A stretch of 64,000 nucleotides of DNA, taken from Mizuhopecten yessoensis (taxonomy: Eukaryota). Numbering within the stretch: the stretch's first letter is position 1; each line of letters starts with the position of its first letter. Shown piece after piece: positions 13,191 to 26,850 of this stretch. Under the pieces are notes generated by a model. The model did no database searches and was not told the origin of the DNA. It worked only from the letters and a program-made list of their open reading frames with translations. The position numbers were made by a program, and so were the translations under genes. The DNA lies in NCBI RefSeq assembly GCF_002113885.1, contig NW_018408726.1, positions 1,154,613-1,218,612 on the forward strand, in the 5' to 3' direction.

Positions 13191-14809
13191 TTGAATAAGT
13201 CAACAATCACTGGAAGATTCTGAGCACAAATCTTGTGTCACGTTAATTATTCAAATTGATTTTAGAATTATTTCTGCTATTGATGCTAGACACTATCGAG
13301 CAATAGGAATAAATGCTAAATTAAAAATCGTGTGGATCTTTATTATGTACAACATCAACTTTGATTAATCTAATCATCCAAATGATAATTTGTGCTGACA
13401 TCGATCAGATTAAGTGATGGAATATATGGTTATTAATATAGATCAGACTGCTGAGTGTTAAGGACAGAAAATAGAAAGCTATGCACGTGCAATTCCCGTA
13501 AACATACCATTAAAACAGAGACAAGTATAATAAATAGCTAAGGAGAGTTAACCTCAATTTCATGTCGTATTCACATTAAGTGTGTCAGCCAAACATGCAA
13601 TAAATGTATGTAGATAGATATTTAATGTACCGGCAGTGTCTAATGAATTGAATCTAGACACAGATTCATGTTGAATTTGATGATTATTTTCTGTTGGATA
13701 ATGTTAAAACTCCTGTATAACTAGCGAGCTTCGACAAAGATTAACTTATGAGAACTAACGACAAGTTATAACTACATGTATGACCGTTATATTTCATTTA
13801 ATGGCGGAATTGTCGGGACTTTGAGTGAAATGATATGCGTGTATTTTTTTGTTCACTCTGACACACATTTATGTGTATGACAAGAGTCCATATACATTAT
13901 ACAGCTTCCTAGCATGACAGGTGAGGCGGACAAGTATAAATATTCAACAGGCTTAAATGTGTATTATGATGCATGCTTAACTGCTGTGGGTCTTGATTGG
14001 GTGTGCCCGGGAGTACTAAAACTTGGTGGTGCTGGAGGAGTACAGCAGTAGCACAATTGAAATTTTATACGGTAACAATTGATCAAATACCCCGGTTTTT
14101 TTTGGTTCTGCGACACCTTAAGAGCTACGCATAAATCAGACGTTTTTGTTTCCAATTTTTTAGAAGCTAGCCATACTCTTGCCTCAGTGTAAGATATTCA
14201 GCTTTTGGACATTAGTTGACTTGGGTCACAGGTATCTTCCAAAACGAGGACTGGATTGCTGTTTAGGTATTAACGATACACCAGAGGTTACGTTGTCTGT
14301 ACCTCTGTGATATTTAATGACAAAACTGGTGGCACGCTGCTGATATTTGATAAGTATCGGTTAAACAAAAAAAAAAACAGTCGCTTTCTAAGCCAAATTT
14401 CATTTAGAAAAAAAAACATATTCGTGTTGTGCTGATTTCTCGCCTAACGACATGATAAAGGACACTAACCTAGATCATAATATTTTCGGCCACAAACCTG
14501 TGTTTATCGACAATTCTGAATATATATTAATTACATCAGTCCTTTTAATTATTCATTAACTGTATATTCGCTCTATTAAATATACCTCAGTTTTAAAGTT
14601 GTAAAACGTGTAACTTATGAATGTTGTCAAGTCTTTCAATAACAAAAACTTGATTTCTTGCTGCATTTAAGTGTACTTGTGAATAAGAAGATTTAGGACG
14701 TGAATAAGTATCAAGCATGTTTGTACTTTCATTTGTTTTTCAAGACCTCATATAGACCTAGTATGCACTGCCCTTATGTAAATTGACAGGGAAACGCTTC
14801 TATATATTA

Positions 14810-15047
14810 AAAATGTATGACGTTTCGGTCAAGTGGCACCATTGGTTAGCCCGATTTTAGAATAATGTAACCGGATTGAGTGTCGTGTGACTTTGTCAAG
14901 TTCATGATTCTGGTAAATTGACTGTGAAAGGTTTATTATAATTAAAACGTGTGATGTTTCCGTTCAAGTGGCTCCTTTGGTTAGCCCGATTTCAGAGTAA
15001 TGTGACCGGATTAAGTGTCGTGTGACCTTGTCAAATTTCTGATTCTG
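14810..15047 (+). repeat. Two-copy direct duplication (~100 bp, ~134-bp offset) containing a decayed SINE-core-like motif
   Basis: TCAAGTGGC...TTGGTTAGCCCGATTT.AGA.TAATGT.ACCGGATT.AGTGTCGTGTGAC.TTGTCAA occurs twice. Confidence 0.85.
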
Positions 15048-15546
15048 TGTAATGGCATTTTAAAAGAGGTCCTTAAATTGGCCTTTTATCTATAGACCCA
15101 TTATGTGTATTACCTAAGCTATAGCGACGAAACAAATCCCCTTTTAAAGAAATAATGTTCAGATCGTTTGTAACGAGGAACTGAAACTCTAATAAATAAA
15201 CATATAAGTGGTTGTTCGTGGCTATACGTGGTTATGTATATATTATTTATTATTTTACAAAATTCTTGTTTATTTTTGCATCACTGTCCATTTATTGTAG
15301 GCTGTACGTTTCTCCTAATCATAGGCTTTAAGACTCGTGTCGCCTTTGCTTAAATATTAATCAGTGTGAAAGCAATCAGTCTTATTCAACCGTTACATTT
15401 AAATAAAACCACACAAAACCGCGAACTGTAGAGCAGATTAAACTGAATATATTCTGTTTAATGCTGTACGAGTGTGCTAATAGGCTTTTCGAAAACGAAA
15501 AGGGCCGACGTGATTTTCTGTGGAAATTACAATAGAGAGAAATTAG

Positions 15547-15724
15547 CGGCCAGGCGTCATTAGATTTAGTTCGTAGTCAGGATTAAAAATAACTGGATAT
15601 ATGATTAAGTAATATATAAGGTTCAGAATTAAACATAATCTGCATAATGTAGTGTGTCTTACAGTATCTTATTGTAATATTTTTTATAATAAAGTCAATT
15701 ACATATTTCATTTTTAATATTGTA
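15547..15724 (+). repeat. Dispersed direct repeat, copy 2
   Basis: See 10377-10502. Confidence 0.85.
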
Positions 15725-15874
15725 GATTAGAAAGAAACCTTCTTAGTAAAACATACCAAGATTGATTGGTGTTTGCAATACAGTTCATGATATACCTTTG
15801 TTAACATTGACTGAAACAGTAAATAGCGAGTACATTTGCGCAAGATGATCTGAATAATTGAATAAAAGTCAAAA

Positions 15875-16092
15875 GCCAATTTGTTCAAAAGGTGATAAGC
15901 TTAATCAGGGATTAACGCATTTTTTGTGTGTATTTTTTTACACAACCATTGAATTAGTTACAACTTTCCAGATATCTTATATTTAGTAGAGTAAGTTTAC
16001 ATACAAAATTGTTTAATTTTCCCCTTGTATATTGACGAAATGATTAAAGGTTGAAACAGAGATTAAGATAACCACCTTTTGAACAACTGGGC
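15875..16092. mobile_element. MITE, PIF/Harbinger-like TIRs
   Basis: 32-bp TIRs at 15875-15906 and 16061-16092, 27/32 match (GCC.A.TTGTTCAAAAGGTG...CTTAATC). Confidence 0.75.
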
Positions 16093-16808
16093 TCATGTGT
16101 TTAAAAGTAATGGTTTTATCTTGCTTTTGTATCATTAAACAGTTAATTAAAATGTCTTAGAACACAAAACGATCAAGGATTAATACTGAAAAGATATGTT
16201 ATTGTCACAGATATACTATAAACTCACAAATAGACAGTGTTTTTTAAGAATTCCACAGGATAGAACACACTGCAGAGGAGGTGATTTTGCATAGGTTAAA
16301 AAACAAACCGTTGTGATTTTTTTTTAAATCCATGCTTGCTGAAAAGCAAACAAAGCATTCATGAGGTTTCTCCTTTCATAATGTTAAATTGGATATTATT
16401 TTTCCGTGAATGAAATTAAAAACAAATCTTGTATTTCCATTTTTAGACAAACAAATGGGGAATAACTTTTTTAACCGTTTAAAAAATCACATTCATTAAA
16501 AAAAATACTTTATCTAGTTAAACTATGTTAATTGTCTACGTTGTTCTGATATAATTTATATACAAGATTATGAAACACAAACATTGAGAGTTTTCTTCTG
16601 TCAAAAATGAATAGTAGGCACATTTCCAGTTAGAAACACCCTTGTAAATCCAGGATCGACTCGATAACATACATATAAATAGACACATGCGAATATAAGC
16701 ATTCAAGTGGACTATCATACGTAGCTTACACATAGAACTAGTTGTTTGTGGCTTTTTCACTAATATTATCTAAATACTATCTTGTAGTTAGTAATTAGTA
16801 ATTAGTAG

Positions 16809-16990
16809 TACAGACCCGTTCACGTTCGCTGTTCCACTTTCAGCGTACCGTTTGCGTAGCATTTCCGTACCGTTTGCGTAGCACTTGCGTACCATTTCCG
16901 TACCATTTGCATAGCACTTCCGTACCGTTTGCGTAGCACTTCCGTACCGTTTGCGTCCAAGGTGGAACAGCGAACGTGTACGGGTCTGTA
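16809..16990. mobile_element. MITE with TA TSD (Tc1/mariner-like) and internal 22-bp tandem repeats
   Basis: TA-CAGACCCGTTCACGTTCGCTGTTCCAC vs GTGGAACAGCGAACGTGTACGGGTCTG-TA (28/29); interior (CGTACCGTTTGCGTAGCACTTC)n. Confidence 0.9.
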
Positions 16991-18096
16991 GCACTATACA
17001 TGAATGTATATGTCTTTGTGTGCTTTATCACATACTTTATACGAATGTGTTATACCTAAATGACGTCTGAAATGTTCATTGCTATTCTTTAACTACCATT
17101 ACAGTGGGCAAAAAGAACCAAATGAAAATAGAACATCTGAATATGGTAAGGAACTAAAACAAAAGAGCGTACCGTAGTATCAACAACAAAATAATTCGAA
17201 CTGATAGTCAATAAAACTAGGGCAAAATGTGATAAAGGCAAGATTTACACGAAGACCTATGAAAAGTACTAGGAGAATAAGAATAGGTGGTCCGGAAATT
17301 TGAAGTTGTATAAGACTGTTGCATCATACAAAGCAGAGAAACTGTCAAATATGTAGGTGTTGTAACATTTGTACGGTATTTTCCCACACAGAATCAGTCA
17401 CTCTGAGTAATCGCTAAGAATAGCAGGGTGGCTGCAAGCAACCGTGCACCAGTCAACCATTTTACACTGCCACTCATTGTTTGGGTGTTAATACATGTAC
17501 TTTATACAGTGTTTTGGTTTTGTCAACGTCTCACTTACAGTTAAGGTCACATAAGGAAAGGTGCATGAGTCGCACTGCCAGAAATATACTGCAGTTAGAA
17601 GAATAAAGGCAAAGCTACATGTCTCAAGAGTTACAATAGAGAAAGCGGATCAGCGGAGCAATGTAGGTTTCTTCAATTGATCTCTTACTAGGCGTACTTT
17701 AATTATGATACCTTAAGACCTATATCTTAAGGTATGTCCGTCAAGACAAGAGGACCTTCGAAAAAGCTTTTTTCACAGCATTGTAAACTTGATATCAGGA
17801 AAATGTTGTTTTTTTGTCTGCGCGTAGTCAAAATAAAGAGCAATCTTCCAGAACAAGTAATCTCGGCACCAACAGTAAAATTCCGAAATTCTATAAAAAT
17901 TGGAACTGTTTTCACAGTTTATTTATTTGAGTCCGATGTAGAGGATCTTAAATAATTCTGTACCGTTAATAAATTTAACGTAATTAAACTTTAGACAAAC
18001 GCGTATAAATACCGTTTAATTAATGCACCAAATAGTACGTTTTATACCTAAATGCTACCATCAGGTTGTTATCATCAACGTTAACACGTACTTTGT

Positions 18097-18160
18097 CTCC
18101 ACCACACGTCCTTAAACTACCTTAGCTGTTGTTATGACGATTATCAAATACAACCAAACC
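18097..18160 (+). mobile_element. V-SINE-like 3' remnant
   Basis: CTCCACCACACGTCCTTAAACTACCTTAGCTGTT...CAACCAAACC. Confidence 0.55.
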
Positions 18161-19399
18161 AGACTAATCAAAGTTAACAGAATCAATTATAATAAAGAAC
18201 CGTATATCATATTGAGTATTTTTACTGGAAAATATTGTTTGTTTTGCCGATTAAGTAAATTTGGTCCTGAATACTAGGCCTATTCCTGCATAAAAAGTCG
18301 TTTCAGATTCAATCAGGAAGGAACAGCCATTGATTGGTTTCAAGAGATAGACAACTTTATTTGGATATGATAATGTATTTACCTGAATTTTTGCGAAACA
18401 TTTTAGTTAATAAATATAATTTGGTCGTTTACGTCATTCTTGCATGCGATGCTTACACCTCTTCTAGAGGTTTACATGAATGATGTAAAAGAGTGTTCTC
18501 AAGATAACGTAACGCATTGGACGTCCAATTGGTAATAGCGAGTTGTTCCTTACAAAAATGGCAAATCAAGCCCCCTTTAAAGGATCATGGCTTTAGATTG
18601 CGCTGGCGGTTTTTGTTTTACAAACACTACCAATTCAGACCTTGCACTATTTCATTTTCTGTATCTCTAAGTGTCCACCTGTTAATAGATAGAAAATAAG
18701 TAGGCCTTAGGGCTCCCTGTTGGGTTATTATGTGGTTTATTAATTTTAAAAGCATGACCGAGTAAGCAGTAAATTGGCTATCTGTTGGCAATCTTAGTAT
18801 ATATATGAATATCTATTTTATATCTAATGTTCTCATTTGTTATCATGTGTAAATTATAATATTATATATATATATATAATATACATCCGGCATATAAAAG
18901 ATGTCTTATTAATAGTCATATATTCAATTTAAAATTTATTTTTGTCATCAGACATGACTCAACTTCGCAAATATAATGTTGACCTAATGAAACTTTTTGA
19001 TTGATGGTTGTGGTCAAAATAGTTAGTGTATGATACTGAGTCTATAAAAAGCATGTTAATGTAATCTTAACAAGCCTTCAAGTGAACTTGATGCTGATCG
19101 TGTGTTTGTTAATTAAATTTGAATTTAAATTTGTATGTTTTATTGTCAAGCACATAACCTGCTTACTCCGGCACTGGATAACAATTATCTAGCAGTTGGT
19201 ATTAAAACGTGTAATATATAATTAAAGTTAATGCAAAATGTGTTTATAGTGTATACCAGATATGCAAATCGAATATGTGAAGAAGAAAAAACAGTCCCAT
19301 TCATTTTAGGCTGAAGATGCACTACTAGTGGGGTATGGTGTTTCCTGCTTATTGGACACCGAACACACCAAAATTGATTTACTTGTTAAACGTTCAGCA

Positions 19400-19465
19400 T
19401 TTCCGGTTCGGTTCGGTTTGGTTTTATTTAAACGTCCTATTAACAACTTCAGTGATTTAAGGTAG
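19400..19465 (-). mobile_element. SINE tail fragment
   Basis: GGTTCGGTTTGGTTTTATTTAAACGTCCTATTAACAAC. Confidence 0.65.
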
Positions 19466-19619
19466 TCAACAACCAGGGTTATAAGAGGACAGGTGCCAAG
19501 GGAGACACCGCCTGAAACAGAAAGTAGACAGAAAAGAAAGAAGACAGGGAAGGTAGAAAACGTAAAGTGTTGCAGAGGAGAAACATATCAATTTTGATCT
19601 CTTGTTTTGTCCAGTAATG

Positions 19620-19860
19620 ACGACAAATGGTTGAACCGTTGTCTGCGTATGCGACCGGTTAAAATATTACTTCGGCATGGTATTTCAGTGAGATAGCATT
19701 ATAAAGTCGGCATCGTATCCGCGCTATTTCAAGGAGGCAAATAAACCAACATACCAGCTCCGGCACACATACACAACAGCATGCGTACATAACATTCACA
19801 AAAAACACGTCCTGAACGATCCCATCTACCAATAGGGTGTTTAACAGAATAAAACTAAAT
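19620..19860 (+). mobile_element. SINE Deu-like body and tail
   Basis: TTCGGCATGGTATTTCAGTGAGATAGCATTATAAAGTCGGCATC...CACGTCCT. Confidence 0.8.
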
Positions 19861-22393
19861 CCCATTGCAACACTTTTGACCTCCATCCATCCTTTTTCCT
19901 CCTTCATTATCTTCCGCTCGGCGACTGTGTGTGTCTCTCTCTCTCTGGACTCCCGCCGTGATCTTAGCTGAAAATCCATGAACAAATACACCACAGTGTA
20001 CAGCTAATACGATTAGTGTGTTACAGTGTTTCCACGCTGTCTGTGGTTTTGTACAGTTGAAGGAAAAATTAATTATAAAACATTAAGGTAAAGGAAAATC
20101 AGAACCATACAAAGTAACAAAATAAACGAGAAACTTAAAACCTATATCATAAACAACATTTAATCGGATTATTAAATTATTCTGCAGGAAAATATTATTT
20201 AAAGGTGTATCGAGGCACTAACTATTATGTGACTTTCGAGGATCATTTTATCAAGGTTTAGAAACCATTCTTAGAGCTTTCAGTTGAACAGGCCTATGTG
20301 TGCACACATTTAAGATTTGTTTTATTTTGGTATACATTGGAGTCATTCCCATCATTTTGTCAATAAACATACATGTAAACAAAAATTGACCTGTCAAACA
20401 AAAACGAAGAATAACTATTCTTAAATGTCACTATTATGACAAGACAGCGAAAACAAAATCACATCTGGTAGCTATTTATCGAAATGGCGAGAAGTGTCAA
20501 TATTATTAAGTAACAATTAAAACATTGTACAAAAACAAACAATGTTGCTATTTTATATCACGTGACTTATGATACATTGATAGTTTATCACGTAGACATA
20601 CAAGCCTTATTAAAATAGGAAATGCAAATAGTTGTTCGTGACGAAGGAAGACAGTTTTTGTCTTAATTAATTCTAAATTGATTATCTGAGTCGTAATACA
20701 AAAATAAAATATTGTTTTATTGCCTTCTTAGAAGGTTCTTAATCTGTAAGTTTCCAATTTTCAGATCAACATACTCTATGACGTTTTGATGAACTATAGA
20801 ACAATAAATTTCCTTAGTGACGTTGACACATGATTACATTTATAACAATTTCGACATGGGTTCCTACATTTCCTGACAAGTAAAACTCATTATGTACTTC
20901 ATTGTCCCTCATACGTCGAGCTCGCTAGCTTATCTACATGACTTCGTATCGTAATGGCCATTTATGCAATGCTTTATACTTCAACTTATGCCCGGACAGT
21001 CATAATTTCATGAAAACTTACATAAATACATGCATTAGAATAATGACAACTTAGCATTCGTCTCACTTAAAACCACTCTATATGCAAAATGCAACTTCCA
21101 ATTTAGAGAAAATGATAAAACTCATATCCAATAAAAAAAGGGATGTTAATGCATGAATAATGTTTTTGAACCATTATTTTCATGCATTTGAAGGGATCAA
21201 TCGGTAAGTAACGATAGCTGGGGAAACAAGTATATGGTTCTTCTCAACCAATGTTAAAATGGATTATATGTTACACATCTTACTCTAAATGGAATGATTA
21301 GAATATTTCTTCATCAACTCAACCTTTGACGTGTTAGCAGTGTTAATGGAACATTATTGTGGTTATGTTGGATTTGAGAATCACAGAAGACGTCCTATAC
21401 TCTTGGTGATAAAATGTAATTATCAATCTTCTATTACGTCGTTACATAAGACATTTTTCCGCTGATGAATCTCTAAAGAGGAGAAAGCGATAGTAAAGTC
21501 GAAGAAACTCTTGTCTTTTGTTTCTTTTATATTTAACCATCATAAGAACTTTGAAATGTTTTTTCTGATAATATTTATATTTTTATATTCAATAACTTCG
21601 ATAAACTGGTGCCCTGACATTAATCTTTTTCTGAATGAACTGATACAAAATAATATTGATCGATTTGTTTTATTGATGCACAGTCATCTATTAAAGTAGA
21701 CAGGGAATAAACTAAAACAAACTCGGTGACAAAATGAAAGAAAAATAATCCAGTGTCTTTGGACAATATGTAGTCACAGTGTGATGGTAAGCCTGTACAA
21801 ACATGCTTGTATGTAATTGACATGATAAACAATCTCGAAATGTTTGTTAATAATGAGTAGTACTAACACACGTCCGCTTTATAGAAATTATGCATAGTAG
21901 AAAAAATATAAATGCTAAAATGTATTTTTATTCAACAAATGGTTGACAAATTGTATAAAAGGTGGTTCATATAATCAAAAAGACTCAAATAATATTTTTA
22001 ACAAATTGTTAGTGTAAAGTTGTAAACAAATTACATAATTTGATGATTCAATGACCGTATGATAAACACGCCTTAGTAACGTCATGGAAACACATTATAG
22101 GTTACAAACCCTGAAATAAAACTCATTATTTGCTTTGAACTTCATACAATTAGATTATAAGTGGATAGGGTCTAGTTACTTACCATGTTCATCTGTGAGT
22201 GGTAGGTCTGTTAATGCCCGTCTGCTGCTTTCTGTGTGTGCATATATATATATTCATTCACACAGACACACATGAAATATGTATGGTATATTAACTAACA
22301 ATGATTCATTACGTACATGTAATGTAACAAGACAGGCGTCAAACATTTCAGATATACACTTATAGAAAAAAAATCAGAAGTTTCTCTTTACAG

Positions 22394-22495
22394 TGTCTTC
22401 ACGCTGTGACAGTGACTGAAGCTTTACCTGAACTAGACGATTTGGCGGTGACTGAAGCGTTACCTGAACTGGACGATGAAGAGGATTATTCGTGA
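22394..22495 (+). CDS. Probable terminal exon: CLHAVTVTEALPELDDLAVTEALPELDDEEDYS*
   Basis: Acceptor TTTCTCTTTACAG; 36-nt-period repeat whose only two differences (GCT/GCG, CTA/CTG) are synonymous; in-frame TGA; upstream exons not identified. Confidence 0.5.
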   Translation, partial: CLHAVTVTEALPELDDLAVTEALPELDDEEDYS

Positions 22496-23504
22496 CCTAA
22501 ATTTGCATTTGTATATGGTTATCACATTGGGATAGAACGACTTCGTAATTAATCTAAAAACATAAAGAAGATAAAGATTAATAGCATTCTAAAGTAAATT
22601 GAATTAAAAGAAATCATTAATGAAGTGAATGTGCCGTTTACTCAACAATAATTACGAAATTTATTTGGGTTTTTCTGCCGTTAGGTTTGTTCGTGTGCTA
22701 GTTTACTGGTATGTTATTTATTAGAAAGGAGACATTGTACATACATATATCATCGCGTGAGCCGTCTATTGGGGTCACATATTATCATACACTGCCATGA
22801 TAATTGTTAAGTTAATATACTAAATAGTACTGTTTTATTGGAAATAAATTTAAAGACAGTAAATAATATCATTTGACGTGGTAAAATAATTTCAAGGATA
22901 AGTTGTTTTCGAATCCAATACATCACATACATTTATCGACTAGGGTTATCGCTTATAACAGGATACATACATTTATTACTGATGACATCACAATTGTTAA
23001 TTATCGAATTATATATTCGATGCATGAGCTACAAACAAGTTATTCTTTGGTACTTGGAATTATCTAGACTGTTTTTAATTTATAGACGACCATCGGAGTA
23101 CTGTCCAGATAAAGGAAAACCAAGAGAATATTAATAAGTGGCAACAAAACCCCAGCTTGAACTCTAGTTTTATAACCTAAAGCAAAATATGAACAAAAGA
23201 ATATTTACACCAAGACCATTGAAAAAGTATATGGCTAGATGTTGCGGAAGGAAGATTTATCATAAATTGTACATTTGATTGAACGCATACCCAACCCACA
23301 AACTTTACCAAATTAATCTCTTCCTCGTGTGTTTCATGCCCGATCTCGGGTTTTGCTTCTACGACAATCTCATGCTTTTTGATACACCCTTGAACAACAA
23401 GAACACCAAGAAAACCTATCGCCGTTGAAAAAGTGTGTCACAAAATCTAAGGCATAGTGAGTAATATGTATTCAACGTGATTGACAATATGATTTGTTTC
23501 ATGA

Positions 23505-23655
23505 AATATGTATCGATTATGGACGTCCATGAGGTGAACATGTTATTTCATGGACCTGAAAATGAGATAGTAACCGAAACGAAACTGAGGTCTTGTCCAT
23601 AAAACGACATCCTCACCGAAAGAAAAGTCCTTAATCGTTATAACAGATACTGAAC
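23505..23655. mobile_element. Possible non-autonomous Crypton-like remnant
   Basis: ACCGAAACGAAACTGAGGT resembles the CCGAGGCGAAGCCGAGG core of such elements; loose inverted flanks (ATGGAC/GTCCAT). Confidence 0.3.
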
Positions 23656-24477
23656 TATCCTGGTTATATCATTGGGTATATTTATATCTATTTATGTAAA
23701 ATCTCATGGATGAAGAAATGTGTTAAATATTTAATATTGTAAATCAGAGTGAGGCATTTGCCACTTATGATTTTGTTTTTCTATATAAACAGTTTACAAA
23801 TGCCAAACATGCATTTTATCGTTTATTTTGATAACAATAGAATGTTCATGCACAATGGACCAATTCGCTAATGTATGCAGTTCTGGAACGTTTTGTTTCG
23901 ACAATACTTGTGCCAATAAAACCGTATATGGTATGACGGACAGCTGTCATACCATATTAGAAAGTCTCCATTTATCACAACTACAATGAGTCGTAGATAA
24001 ATACAGCAGTATCTCCATGATACAACTGCAGGCAATTACCTTAACATAATCAAATGTGTCGTGTTACAAAGTCATTGGAGTAGATAGCAAGTCCGTCCAT
24101 TACAATATAACCAGTCATAGGACGCATAATAGGGACATCAGTCTGAATGACATATCCATATCAAACAAATTGAGTCGGTTAAATAATCAAATTCATTAGA
24201 TCACTATTCCAAATTAAAAATATAAATGACAGTAACATAATCAAATGTACTTGATCGCTATTGCAGTTTAAATCACAATTTCAACAACAAATGTTACTGC
24301 ATTGCTATTATTTTGTTCTTATTTCTTCATTGATTCACTGTTTTTTGGTTTTTTGTTTGTTAGTTATATCTGTAAACATGATGACCTCATAATGACATTT
24401 TACGAAACTGGTTTAGTCTGAACGCGGCATTGCTTTGATAAAACCCTCATGTTCATAGCATACCTAACGATGTTGAT

Positions 24478-24850
24478 TTTCAGTCACCCCTGGGGGAACT
24501 CCAATGGGGACTATTAATTTCGGTTTCAGTCCCAGATTTTGACCTCTGTTGTTTTGGGCTGGTAAGTGTATGCTTCTGTCGGAATATGCCAGGCGCTAAT
24601 TACAAGCTCTTGGATAACTCATGTATCAATTTTCCTTTTAAACAGGAATAGTATAAAACCTAAAGGCGTTCCAAATTTCCCACGGGAATTACATATAACC
24701 TTAAGATGTTCCGAGTATGAATCAGGCACCTTTGAGGTTCCCGAAGGGTTAAACTGTCGTATTATAAATTGTTATTGACTGATTTAGAAATATTATGTCT
24801 GACCAACGCCTACCCTTGATATTTGCATATAGTCGCGACCATTTCTCGTA
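24478..24850 (+). mobile_element. Possible Helentron-associated (HINE/DINE-like) fragment
   Basis: T-rich start, AGTCACCCC...GGGGACT sub-terminal inverted repeat, then TTTCGGTTTCAGTCC. Confidence 0.35.
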
Positions 24851-25169
24851 ATATTTTCGAGGATTTTCAGAAATGTTTTAAAATATGCTCGCACCTATAA
24901 AACTGCTAAATTTCGTTGAATAATCCTTTTTTCATTGCCAATCTAACAATTACAAAAAGTTGCAAGTTTAAGACATATTATACGATAGAATCGGACAAAT
25001 AAACTCGAGTAAAGTAGGCCCAACTTTTCAGGACGTTACGTTGTGTATTGATAAATACCACGTATCGGGAAACATAACGAAGAATTTGCATCGCATTTAT
25101 CACTCTGTGCTTAAAATGTCGTTCTTGGGTAAAATCATGCTGAACTCTTCAATCTTGACAGTAGGATTG

Positions 25170-25740
25170 TGTCAAAACTACATCGGTAAAGTGGTGAAGT
25201 TAGCAAGTTGGTGAACCGCAAAGAGTCAAGGTCGTGTGCTACTATTAACCGGCAGGAATTTAAAAGGTGACATCCATGCGAATTGAACCGATAATGATAA
25301 GAGTTTGAGTTTGAAACTAGATATTAACGGGTTCAAAACAGACAAACACATTCCGATCTTTTCTTTTCGAAGGAGAATTGCTGAAACCACAATTGTTTGG
25401 TGTTTTTCAAATCTCGCGAATTCGGCTGTTGGCGGTCCTCGTCGGACCTGTTTGAGTGACTGCCTTTAGCGTACACATTCTGCCGATATCGATGACCGAT
25501 TCAGTCGGATTTGCAGACGACCAGAAAACTACTTGGAAAAGTGTATTTCATAACCAAAAAAAAAAAACCGATTTATCCGTAAATAAGATTGAATCTTTTC
25601 TGAAACTTCTTGTCGTGGAAAAAAGGCTTCGTTAAATTCCAATTACCTGTTCTGCCCATACCAGTTGACCGTGTCAGCGCTCAGATCTCCCCATATTCGA
25701 GGTGTCAGTCAACGCTAACGTTATATTTGCGTCATGCTTT
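25170..25740 (-). pseudogene. Degraded Crypton-type (DUF3504-like) tyrosine recombinase
   Basis: Frameshifted motifs in the expected order and spacing: LTPR...NWYG-QVIGI (25663-25636), FTDKS (NHS-like), TLFQ, IGHR (25500-25489), AECVR. Confidence 0.55.
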
Positions 25741-26701
25741 CTTATCAGTTCCATGTGTTGGCACGGCTACCTGAACAGCATGTATGTATTTACACCTGGT
25801 ATTAGTTTACCATTTTGATTGACAGGTGTAAATATATCCGTTGTAGCTTGGTCAATGATATATCGGGAAATGATCATACAGAATAAAGGGATGACTTTCA
25901 TGTCATTCTGACATATTTCTACTTTTAAATATAACGTATATTACAGTAATACTTACAGTGTTACGATAATTAAAACTACAGCCATCTCGTAAATGCCTCG
26001 TAAAAACGTCTATGTGGATCGCGGTTTTTTCCTTTCAATATTCTTTCTCGGTCTGAATCGATATCTCAACTGTTTACCTCGCTTATACATAATAAGGAAA
26101 TGGATAACTGATAAAAGTATTATCGCGACAAACTTGTGACGGAATAAAAACTAATCTCACCTGTCATGTTCACATAAACGCCACACCTGTATTTTGGGCA
26201 CAAATATGAATAGTTTTTCGCTTCAATGGAAGGATGTGAATGGGTCTAGTCCGCCATTGTTTCAAATCAATCTAATGACGTCAAAATAAGTTTTTTTTTA
26301 TATTATGTTATACGTAAATCACTTACGTATGTCTTAAAATGATTTAATAGTTTGATTGGGTTCAGATAGATGACGATTGCGTGCATAAATACTGACAGTA
26401 ATGAATAAAGGAACGTCAATTAATTTACACGTATTAAAGGATATTAAGTGCAATGGTTGAATCGCTCGAAGCATTGTGCACTTATTGTCAAATGACACTG
26501 ACTTTGTACATTTCAAATATTAATCAATATTGAAAACAATTAAATGACTTGCTTCTGTACTTGTCTAGATTTGTCGTGAAAACATAAAGAATTTCGCAGA
26601 TACGAAGAATATAATCTTGATGCAGCGTTATTCATTTTTTGGCATACAAGCTTTAGCTGTTTCTCTTACAACATTTTAAATGTGCAATCACCTTATCTAC
26701 A

Positions 26702-26850
26702 TCCTGCAGGTTCGGGGGATAGAAAAGGCCTGCTGCTTTGCGTAAGAGACGGCTAATGGGGGACCCCCTGCAGAATCATGTCTTCTGCAGAGGGAACATT
26801 GAAAAACAAAAAAAAATTGAACGGTTGCCCCATCTCAACACTTGATATCA
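26702..26850 (+). mobile_element. Isolated composite-SINE head
   Basis: CCTGCAGGTTCGGGGGATAGAAAAGGCCTGC...CGTAAGAGACGGCTAATGGGGGA...CCTGCAGAAT. Confidence 0.7.

Noticed and set aside
19659-19994. 111-aa ORF with hydrophobic and Cys stretches
   Set aside because: Largely antisense reading of a SINE plus simple repeats
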